Source of the DNA: Chara braunii
Taxonomy: Eukaryota; Plantae; Charophyceae
Reading direction: 5' to 3'
NCBI GenBank assembly: GCA_003427395.1
Contig: BFEA01000010.1
Coordinates: 3,082,167 to 3,146,166, forward strand
DNA: 64,000 bases
The notes beneath the pieces are model-generated. The model saw only the letters and a list, made by a program, of their open reading frames with translations. It had not been told where the DNA came from and did not search any database. A program made the translations under genes and the position numbers. Below are positions 53,601 through 64,000 of this stretch, piece by piece (positions within the stretch are counted from its first letter, which is position 1; every line of letters starts with the position of its first letter).

Positions 53601-56600
53601 GAAGTAACAAAAATTTGAGTAGCACTCTCTTTGGAAAATAAGGCTTTCCAAATTTTTACTAAGCCGAAAAGTCAGAAAAACTGAACCTTGAAAAAACAAA
53701 ATTTGACTAACTCCTAGGTTTTGTAAAAAAATTGGCAGCGCTTCCCGCTGAAAAAGTGGTTTACCAAGATTTATACAATACCAAGTATAATAAAAAATCA
53801 CAGAAAATGCAGGAATTGACCTAAGTAAAATAAACTTAGCTAAAAAAATGCGGAAATTAAAACTAACTCCTATGACTCTAGCACGTGGCGAACATCTAAA
53901 GCAACTACCTATCAACTGAAACTCATACTAAGCAGTGATCTCACTCAGCCACATGCAAGTCAAACCACAAAGGTAAATACTCTCATCAGCCCAAAGTCAA
54001 CCTTATCAAACAATAGTTCATGATCTTTAAATAATTTATCCCTTTATACCCAACTTACATAAGGCATAAAGCTAGACCACCCAATTTTATGGGAACCTAT
54101 CTAGCTCAGGGCACTACAATTTTTCTCTTCTCTAGGCACACGACTAGGTTAGCCAGCCTAAGTATCCACGTTATATATAATTGTTTGCACTTTGTCTTTT
54201 AAGGCAACATATGACTGAACCGGTCATCTTATATTAAGATTCAGCCTGTCCATTCTTACCACAATTTTCATTCTTAATTCATAGTCTTTTCAGTTTGTGG
54301 TAAGCTATAGTTAGACCATCCAATCTTATGAAAAAATGTCTGACTAGCTTGTTCATAAGTAAATAGTATAAGATATAAACAAATTTAACCTTTTGGTTCC
54401 AGCATGTGCGCGGTTCCAGACCAGACCACCCAATCTTATGGGAACCATCCCTGTCTTTTGCCTGAATTTTCCCCTTAAAAATAAAACAAGAGAGAGTATG
54501 AGTTATCCAATCTTATGGAACATGCCCAGCTCTCCTTCAGAACTAATCAAACATACGAAAACCCAAAGAAGCAAGGCAACCAAGCCATCCAATCTTATGA
54601 AAAAATGCTTGGTTCCTAAAAGTCAAACAAATGCAGCCCTCGCAAGTCAAAGCAACCAGACCACCCAATCTTATGGAAACTTGTCTGGTTCTTCAGGCAA
54701 TCGAAAATAAGCACAACACTGGACCCCCCAATCTTATGAAGACTCTCCCAACCTTTGGTTGACCCAGTCAGAGACAAGCAATACAACCTTCCTCCCACCT
54801 TTCCCCCCAGATGTAACTCCACAATCTTCTTTCAGTCAGCTAAACAAAACTGAAGCTGCAACTTGCACACTCACTCCTTTAATTAAGTCTGATTTATCCT
54901 GAAAGTCAAACATAAAGTCAAAGTAGGGATGCAAACAATATACTCAGTCAACATAGCAAGAAGTACAAATATGGGTTATAGCTGGGTTTATAGAGGGAAA
55001 ACAAATGGTTACCTCTCAATTCCCTGTCACTAGAACTCCTCCTGAGTTCTGGTAGAGCTCTCTCAATCGGTGCGCTGACTCCCCATAAATTCTTGCTGCG
55101 GCCCTACGGGTTGCAATCCCGTCTGCCGCCTTCCTCTCAGAACAGGACTAGACTTAGATTAAGAAGGGCAGAAGATAAGGGGTTTCAGACTCTCGAGATA
55201 TAGGAGAGGGACAGACTCAACTCTCTATAGAGGGACTTGTTATCTTCCAGCGCCTGAGGGCCTCACAATGGCGGCTAGAATACAGTAACAGCTTGGTCAA
55301 AACCAAAGTCAAACCAGCGGGCTTTGTCCTCCTCCGAGATTACAGCGTTGTACCCACTCACCAGATGGGCCGCTGGCCTGCCAAGGTGGGCGACGTTCAA
55401 AATAGAGTCTGCCCCTTCCAAAGAACGCCGCAAACTTCACAAAGACACCACACGCGAAGCAACCATACGGAGCAGCAAGGCACCGTGGGGCACAACAACT
55501 ACCAGTATGAGCAACAATGAATGAAGATGACACAACAACAAGCTCAACATAATAGTGAGCAGGAGTAGTGCAGTTAGAAACAAATTTTGTAGTAGCCTGT
55601 AGCCGACTGAGCCAATCGAAGTATGTAACGGAGTTGGTCACGACACCGCAGCTCAAGCTTCGGTCGGCCGCTACTTCAGCCAGCAGGCAAGCATGCCATC
55701 TATGACCCGCCTCTCGCTGCCTTCCCTGCAGACGAATGGAACAGAACTGTCTCAATAGTCGGGTGGGGCAAGGCCGACCCGCTCTCCTGAAGATATGCGT
55801 CAGCCAACAAGTACGACTCTGACCCCGCTGCTGGTCTGCCTCTACTTCGACTGATTACGAAGAATCAAGTTAGACTGTATCTTCCGCTAAAATGCGGAAA
55901 GATACATTCGTATACCAATCACTCGCTATGCCGCCGTCGCGACCAGACCTTCACTATGCCAGGTATGACCACTCCTCCTTCCTCTATTTAGCATGCACCT
56001 GTCCACCGGTAAGTCCTCGACCCCATAAATGTCTGACCCCGCTGTTAGCCTCACACTACTTCTGATGACAAAAAGAGCGAAACGGAATGATCCTCCTGAT
56101 AGGACCGACCAGATACATGCACGCAAAGAGATAGAGAGGTTCTTCTTCCATCGCAAGGAGCAGCGCACCGGCCAACAAATGAGTATCCTACCCTCGCGGC
56201 TTATTCCCCTCCGTTCCCTCCCCATCATCAGCCTGAGTAGAAGCTAGATGAACCTTACGCCAAGACCGAGAAGATGCAACCGCCCGTCTGCTCACCTTTT
56301 CATCGCGCGACCTTTTTTTTTTTTTTTACTATCTTCATTTTTACTATCATTCGTGCTGGTCTAACTCGAAATTTGGGTTCGCCTTACCACAAAACCTCTG
56401 CCTCGTTTGTCTCTTCACTTGAACCTATCAGTAATCACGTGCGCTACCCCTTTTTCCCACTTTGCCCCGTTCATGCTTCCCACTATATCCGTTTCATAAC
56501 GCCTTCACGCGACTCTATCTCTACTAACTCAGATTCTACTAACGAACCATAAAAGTTAACTTTACCAATGAAATCAACGCGGCCTAATACCATAGCTTCG

Positions 56601-56992
56601 GCTCTCCTCGTATCGAAATCTATGGGGAGGCGCATGAGCTATGTGTTTCCCGCTCTCCCTCCTTCTCCACGCACAACTTTCCTTTCCTAAATCACAACTC
56701 ACTAACTACCTGCTCAAGCTAACGGCAGATTCGCGTTCACCGACCCAAAGAACCTCGTCGTAGACTCCTCCCTTGTCTGATTCCATTGGTAATCACACGC
56801 GCTACTCCCCTTACTCCACTATGCTCTACAAAACCCTTCACCATCGTTATTCTCCCCTTTACATCTTCTCCCTCGTACGTACTTAGTGCAACCCGCGTCC
56901 GAGTCCACTCGCCTCAGCTCTGTTGACATCGGCTTGTCTTATAGCATCGTTCCTCGTCGGCCTGACCGAAGAGTATATATGAAATCATAAGG

Positions 56993-57101
56993 AAAAAAAA
57001 GTCGCTTTGGCCCTCCCCTGGTTTGTACGCGTTACTCTTGCACAGACGTCAGGCTAATCTCTTTTGTATCGTTCCAATTTTCAACGGATGTCCCGAAGGA
57101 A
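56993..57101 (-). ncRNA. Full-length diverged U6 snRNA-like sequence with T8 terminator
   Basis: TCCTTCGGGACATCCGTTGAAAATTGGAACGATACAAAAGAGATTAGCCTGACGTCTGTGCAAGAGTAACGCGTACAAACCAGGGGAGGGCCAAAG..TTTTTTTT is colinear with U6; the ACAGAGA box is altered to ACAAAAG. Confidence 0.8.
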
Positions 57102-57166
57102 TGGACCTGTGGGTTTGCTTCCACAACCCCCTCTCCCCTTTGGTGCGCTCTGCTTAGGCAGGGCCA
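57102..57166 (-). ncRNA. Degenerate tRNA-like module abutting the 5' end of the U6-like sequence
   Basis: Closing stem TGGCCCTG/CAGGTCCA (7/8); T-arm-like TGTGG-AAGCAAAC-CCACA; poor A and B boxes. Confidence 0.35.
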
Positions 57167-58433
57167 TTTTTCAAACCCTCAATGGGCGAACCCGCACACA
57201 GACTCCTCACGACAGATCACTGTCAGCGATCACGCGGCCACAGAGGCACACACCGCCCGGGCAGTCCCACCTTTGGGGGCTGAGTACTTGTCAAACCGCA
57301 TACGCATTGACCGCGATTGGTCCCGCTATTGCGCTCAATAAAGATAACACACAAAGGTAACAATAGTAATAATAATCCTAATTAAACAGGTACTTGCGTG
57401 ACGTGCTAACTTTACTGAAATGCTTTGAAGTCACATTGTTGTTGATGTCGTTCTTCGTACGTACGCACAGGTCAACAGCAAGTACGCCTCTCCCCCCAAA
57501 AAAAAAAAAAAAAAAAAATCTTAATTCAATCGGAAATAAAAGTCTGGTTGGTTACCAGCACCGATTTTCACAATCATCAAATGAAAAAGAGATCACACGG
57601 GTCTTAAGTCTGAGAGCCCACACACTCTCTTTTTCTACTGAACCATTTAGTCAACGTAAATTACGGGCACAGACGTGCCTCGCGCGGTATACTTAAACTT
57701 TAAACCAACCTATTTTTTGTCATCTGCAAAAACCCGGGCGGATACCCTTGTAATGGTATTCACACTGACAGATTACCAGACCATATTAAGTGATGTCCAC
57801 AGCGCTTCGCAGAATTGAAAAGCTATAAATTCATCCTTAACTCCAAATGCTGACGAGAAAGGAACCAATCCGATTAGCGGACAGACTCAGGTTCGAGGCC
57901 TCCAACAATCCATGTCCATTCAACTATATGCTGTCAGGATTCTAACCTGGGTCTCCATTGTCCTGACACTAGGACATCGGTGTACTGGACATACGTACTA
58001 CAACATAAGTTTCAGTGACCTCTCAACTTTCCTCCCCCATTTGTCCTAGACAAACGTTGGCTTCTCGATAGGTGTCCCTAGTCTCTACCCTGCTAGTAGG
58101 GCCATAACTAGGGATGCGGGTCCTAACCGAGACCTTCGAAGGCACTCTCACTTCCCTCCCAACAATCTTCACAATTAAACATATATATATATATATAAAA
58201 TCTTATTTTGGACTCTTCTTGCAGTCTAGTACAGGAACGTCAGGTCTCCATCCTGGCCCACAATAGTCTGGGTGATCGTGCCAGATCTACGGTCCACCTC
58301 ATTGCTACTTTAGCGGTAGTGCCCTCGCAGGTTGCGCCACGATAGGTTTTCTCCTGATAAGTATTCAATCAGGGCTAAAAAAGACTCGACTCTTATCCCA
58401 CGCCATCCCACAGGAGTAAAACCCTGAAATGTG

Positions 58434-59385
58434 CACAAGTGGTTAACGACCTCCTGAAATTTCAGAATGAAAGATCCTGAAGTTTGTTAGGAGAGGTCTG
58501 AAATCACTGGAATAACCTGAAGACACTTCATGCCATTTCAGGAGTTACAGGTGGTTTGGGAGTCATATTTTATGTTTTTTTTTTTTTTTTTGCCTGTTTT
58601 TGTTTTGATTCAACGTTGTTGTGGGTCACTTCAAGTCATTTCAGGAGTTTCAGGTGGGCAGGCCTAAAACCTCTGAGAAAACCTGAAGTGGATGAAGCTT
58701 CTGAAAGCGGTTTCAGGTCCCCCCATCCAAATGGTTGGATTGATGCATCTCAAATCGTTTTCAGATTTTCAGCAACTTCATATTATTTCAGAAGGTTCAG
58801 ATAGGGAGACCTGAAACCTCTGACATGATCTGAAGTGGTTGAAGTTTCTAAAAGTGGTTTCAGGTCTCCCCATCCAAATGGTTGGATGGGGGAATCCGAA
58901 ACCGCTTTCAAATTTTCAGCCACTTCGGATTATTTCAGGAGTTTCAGATGGAGAGACCTGAAACCTCTGAAATGATATGAAGTAACTGAAGCTTCTGAAA
59001 GAGGTTTCAGGTCCCTCCATCCAAATGGCTGGATGGGAACCTCTAAAACCGCTTTCAGATTTTCAGCCACTTCAGATATTTTCAGGAGTTTCAGGTGGGG
59101 AGACCTTAAACCTCTGAAATGATATGAAGCGGCTGAAGCTTTATGAAAGAGGTTTCAGGTCCCCCCATCCAAATGCTTGGATGGGGCCACCAGAAACCAC
59201 TTTCAAAAGCTTCAACCACTTCAAGTCATTACAACAGTTTCAGTTGGGAATCTGAAACCTCTAAAATGACCTGAAGTGGTTGAAGATTCTGAAAGTAGTT
59301 TCAGGTTTTTCCATCCAAGTACCTCACACTTGTCTAAAGCAGCTGAAAATAACCTGAAAATAGAGACATATGTTAACCTTCTCTC
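58434..59385 (+). mobile_element. Non-autonomous KDZ/Zisupton-like element with ~147-bp palindromic units
   Basis: CACAAGTGGTTAAC...GTTAACCTTCTCTC; flanks gaaatgtg/cctatgtg (5/8); atccaaatg at 58725, 58872, 59019 and 59167. Confidence 0.8.
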
Positions 59386-60782
59386 CCTATGTGGCTACAC
59401 CCCTTTAAGTCCTTACTCCTTTGGCAAGATGCAAACCCTCTGTTCAGGTTACGTCGATCAACATCCGACACTAGGGGTTGCGCCCTAGGGATGCTAAACT
59501 TTACCGTTAGCTTGGTATTCTCATAAATGCCCTAAGATTAGCACAACTGGTTGGACGAAGTGTCGCAACAATACAAGTTTACTGCGGGACTTCATAAAGG
59601 TTTGTCACATAAAAGGTATTTACCAGTCCTCTGTGGGACAACACAGAGAAACACGGCAACCTCTCCACATTCACAAAAACAGAATCACCGCCAGATTCAC
59701 AAGGTCGTGACCTCCCTACTTGATCAGAGCAAGAAAGTCACGCCTCAGTGACATCTCCCAAATAAATCACTCTTGCGACCTCCAAAATTTCACCAATGGC
59801 CAAACACAAACTTAGTCTTTCTCGTCAGTCTTTATAATTGAAAAATCAGTTTTTCATGTCATTAAATTTATCAACCACCTTTCATATGAAGGAGTTCTCA
59901 CTCAATAGGTTCTCCAGTCATCCCTTTTTTTTTAGGATGAACTCTCATGCGGCATTTCATAAAACGTCTTCCCTCTCTGAAGCTGAATCTTCAAATAAAT
60001 AAAAGACTACCTTCCCTCGCGAAGGTGGCTCAACCATAAAACAACTCAAACTGAGAGACCAACTTATGGGTCCTTATCGGCATGGTGAAGAGTTCGAGTC
60101 TCAAAGACTCGTAAATCCCTTAGGATTCTCACACTCTTTCACAAAAAGAGACAGCGCTCCCTCTCCTTATACCCGGCCCTACCATACACTCATAGGCAGA
60201 TTGCACGAGTATACCGAAGAATAGACAATTCACATTCATTCACATTCATTCACATTTTCAAAATACATAACACACAAGATGCCTCTCATACACCTCTCAC
60301 ACAAAACCACCATACATCAGGATAAAATCACACATGTGAGAGTGATTGTGATCGTCATATACAAGGGAATAGTCTCTGATAAATCTCAACTCAAAGTCAA
60401 CTCAGAGATGAAATATCTCATCCAAACACTAAAGTAATAATCCAGATCCGCAACTCACTCAAACCAAACAAAATCCTCCTAAATATGATAAAAGACTGAC
60501 CGTAAAATAAAAAATATCTTGAAACAAAAACCAAATCCCCCTTTCAATGAATCAAAGAAAAAGTATCCGCAACATATACATCGGATCTCCCTAAATCCTA
60601 ACCCTCATGTCACTAATAAGAGCCTCAATAGCAACAATACACTGTATTCCCCTATATGTACAACGAATAGCGTAGGTACCCAAGCTTCTATCAGGACGAA
60701 CAAAAACAAATATGAAACTAGCATCTGACCCAGAATGCACACTCCACTCAATCTCGCTATGTCATAGTGGCTATCGATACAT

Positions 60783-61781
60783 CACTCGCGGTTAACGACC
60801 ACTTGAAATTTCGGAATGAAAGATTATGAAAAGTGGTCTGAAACCGCTGAAATGGTATGAAGGCACTTCAAGTCATTTCAAAAGTTTCAGATGGTTTGTA
60901 GGACAAATTTCATGTTTTTTTTTTTTTTTTTCTGCCTGTTTTTTCAGCCACTTCAGATCATTTCAGGAATTTCAGATGGGGACCTGAAACCACTGAAGTG
61001 GCTAAAACTTATGAATGGGGTTTCAGGTACCCGCATCCAAATGGTTGGATAAGGATATCTGAAACCCCTTTCAGAAGCTTCAACCACTTCAGGTCATTTC
61101 ATGAATTTCAGGTGGGGACATGAAACCGCTGAAGTGGTTGAAGCTTCTGAAAGGGGTTTCATGTACCCCCATCCAAATGGTTGGATGAAAATACTTGAAA
61201 CCCCTTTCAGAAGTTTCAGCCACTTCAGGTCATTTCAGAAATTTAGGTGGGGAACTGAAACCGCTGAAGTGGCTAAAACTTTTGAAAGGGGTTTCCGGTA
61301 ACCCCATCCAACCATTTGGATGGGGGGTACCTGCAATTCCTTTCAAAAGCTTCAACCACTTCAAGTCATTTCAGGAATTCAGGTGGGGACCTGAAACCGC
61401 TAAAGTGGCTGAAGCTTCTGAAAGGGGTTTCAGGTACCCCAATGGGCCCAATCCAAATGGTTGGATGTAGTTACCTGAAACCCCTTCAGAAGCTTCAGCC
61501 ACTTCATGTCATTTCAGGAATTTCAGGTGGGGACCTGAAACTGCTGAAGTGGCTGAGGCTTCTGAAAGGGGTTTCAGGTACCCCCATCCCTCCATTTGCA
61601 ATGGATCTGTAGGCAATCTGAAAGTGGTGTATCAACCTGAAGTGGCTAAACTGCGTGAAGGCGGTTTCGGACAACCCCATGTATAGATCCACACATAATC
61701 TGAAAGTGGTGTAGTAACCTAAAGTGGTCAAACTGCCTGGAAAGGAGACCTGAAAATATATTCACCCGTTAACCATCTCTC
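60783..61781 (+). mobile_element. Related non-autonomous element with ~136-bp units
   Basis: CACTCGCGGTTAAC...GTTAACCATCTCTC; flanks cgatacat/ggatacat (7/8). Confidence 0.8.
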
Positions 61782-61811
61782 GGATACATAGGCGAACCAG
61801 TCCCTACTCAC

Positions 61812-63933
61812 TCATCTCCTCCTGGTTCTGCCTGTATAACTGAGCTGACCCCCATCGGCAGTCCGCTCCACCACTCCACCCTGTTTGTCAAACAACTTCT
61901 CACCACTTTCAGTAACCTTCCTTGCTGCCTTGTCCTTCAGAAACTTGGGACACTTCAATGCCCTATGCTCCCCATCCTTGCAGAAAAAGCAGGATAAGTC
62001 TCTCGATTTTCGGTCCCTCTTCTTCTTCTTTTGAGATATCGACGATGAGGGTGCCTCACTAGCCTCCCTGGCCACCTCATGGTATTGGGGCATACTCATA
62101 GGCTCCTCAGGTCTCGTCTCCAACTCCTGAGTACTTGGGTTGTACTCGTATTCCAACTCCCTCATGCCTGTACTTAGGTATATCTAACCTTTGTGGCCTG
62201 CCCTCGATGACATCCTCCATCGCAACCACCGTCTCTCCCTCATGAGGCTCCTCCACCCTCTGCTCTGACGAAAACAGGCTTGCCTCTTCCTGCATGGTGC
62301 CGACTGCCTCAAGGAGTACATTCATGGACCCCTCGTCAGATCCAAGTGTAGGCTCGCGGACAGCTGTCCGCGGCCTATCCCCTGGTTGTACTGGCACAGA
62401 CTCTGCCGCTAGCCCAGAAGAAGCTATAGGTTGGGTGGCAAGATCTGTAGGTGTCTGAAACTCAAAGGCCTCCTTTTCTGCCTCCCTCTTCGCCTTTGCC
62501 TCCTCTGGCTCCAGGATGATGACCCTTCCAATGGATGGCTCATGCGATGGACCTGTTATAGATGGTTGCCCAAATAAACCCTGCATTGCCTCACTGGATG
62601 TCATAGTGTCTACTTTCAGTCCAGTCCCCCACTCTGGTAGACGCTTTCCTCTCCATCTTGGTCGCCATATCCTGAGGCTGCTGCCCCAAGTCCTGGATAA
62701 TGACAGATTGACTAGCCACTAATGCCCTGAGCTTTCGGGCCTCCGCCTCAAGTGCCTCCAAACACACTCCATAACTCACTTCCTTCATTTTTTTTCCGGC
62801 CAGATCATCTTCCAACTTCAGATACCTATTGAAAAAAGTCTTAGCCAGGAAGTGGATCTTACGGTCCAGACACTCATCAGCCGTCCTCGATGTCCCGAGT
62901 CCTGCTCTCTCTGGAGCCGCCAACCCCTCGCCATACTGGCCCCAAGCCTCATCCCACATTTCCTTGACCCCACATGGTCTTAGGGGGCGCGCCAGGTGGC
63001 TGATCTGGGAGTGCTCCTGTCGCCTCTAGTCTCTGCCTCTCTTCCCAAATCTCCTCCACGTGTTTCCCGACCCTGACCCGTCTTTCTTCGGCTGTCTCTC
63101 CTGTCGGCGCTCTCCCTCTGGTGCGATGGTCCCCTCTCTCTAGAATCTCGGCCTGGTGCAGCTCCCGTGGTTGCTCCATAGGCACTGGCCTTTCGATATC
63201 ATGGTGCTTCTGGGCATGCGCAACCAGATACCTATCGATCGTAGAAAGAGCCTCTCTCCTCCAGCCAGTCCTCTCTCGCTCTGAGTCGCTCCATCTCTAT
63301 CCTCGCCCCTCGCGAAAGAGTCGTATCTGGGGGAGGTAGTGGAATCTCTCCCTTTTGAAGCTCCTCCCCTACTCCCTTAGCGACATCTGACACTACCTCA
63401 GATCCGGTTTCCGGAACAGACATCTGAGGCGGAGTATTTTCTCCCACCTCAATCACTTCCTCCATCACTCTTTCACTCCAAGCACCTCGTTCCTCCTCTT
63501 GCCCTGGCTCAGGGACCTCCTCTCGTGTCATACCTCCAACCGACTCATTGCGCCTCTCGTCAGCCTGAGGCACCCTCCATCGTGATATGTCCAGGTGCGC
63601 CTCCAACTCCTACAATGGCCCTCCGGATGGTGGCACCTCCTCCCGCGCGTGCTGCGGGGATCCTCTCAATCCCTCTCCAGTAAACCGCTGAAAAACCACC
63701 GCGCCAAGTCCGCACTCAAGATATGTTTTTCGCCCCTCAGCCTCAGGTACTGACTCCTCTTCCTGCCTGGCGAGTGCCTTCCGTCCTCCTCGAGATGGCA
63801 CGGCCTTTTTGGGCTTAGGGTCCCTCTGCCTATGTATCCCCCCGGCGGCGGACCGGCACGGCCAAGTCCGCGGCCGCGGCCAGTCCGTGAAGCCCGCGGA
63901 CGTGTTCGCGCGGACGCGCGGATTCGCGGACAC
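61812..63933 (-). mobile_element. Decayed gag-like coding region, probably Ty3/Gypsy
   Basis: Chain of frameshifted E/R-rich ORFs with the CCHC knuckle CFFCKDGEHRALKC; no RT or integrase seen in the window. Confidence 0.55.
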
Positions 63934-64000
63934 GTGGCGGCCGCAAGGGAGGGGGTTTCACAAATCTGGCGGCGCCACGCGGCGGCGCATCCCCTGCCCC

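Larger units (their letters stand above)
51330..57770 (-). mobile_element. LTR-like non-coding element E2 carrying a full-length diverged U6
   Basis: Shares blocks with both E1 and E3; right end atacccttgtaatggtattcacactgaca; left boundary approximate. Confidence 0.7.

Noticed and set aside
56060-56100. Possible hammerhead (CTGATGA...CGAAAC)
   Set aside because: No stem II pairing and no properly placed cleavage triplet.
37930-57101. A single U6 gene split by a 19-kb insertion or intron
   Set aside because: The copy at 57 kb has its own colinear 3' half and terminator; there are no GT-AG ends or TSD at the 37990 junction.
58440-61775. piggyBac assignment from the TTAA motifs
   Set aside because: TTAA lies inside the conserved termini; the duplicated target is a variable ~8-mer outside them.

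Overview
Repeat-rich eukaryotic DNA with assembly gaps. It resembles a streptophyte alga such as Chara, which is my inference from the TTTAGGG repeats, the plant-type U6 and the transposon families present. The only clear host gene is exon 1 of an organelle-targeted ribosomal protein bL25/TL5 gene (minus strand, 688-1605). The rest is nested, mostly decayed transposons: an L1/Tx1-like LINE, PIF/Harbinger transposase relics, a Penelope-like element with a hammerhead ribozyme, hAT-type MITEs, Gypsy gag remnants and satellites. Two larger systems stand out. (1) Three related 5-8 kb LTR-like non-coding elements each carry a U6 snRNA-derived segment plus tRNA-like Pol III (A/B-box) modules near the same end, and two of them share a covarying structured RNA at the other end. 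(2) An intron-containing KDZ (Kyakuja-Dileera-Zisupton)-type transposase pseudogene lies head-to-head with an intron-containing PrimPol-like pseudogene; four non-autonomous elements with asymmetric CAC..GGTTAAC / GTTAACC.TCTC ends and ~8-bp TSDs occur in the same window. All calls were made by eye; coordinates of decayed elements are approximate.
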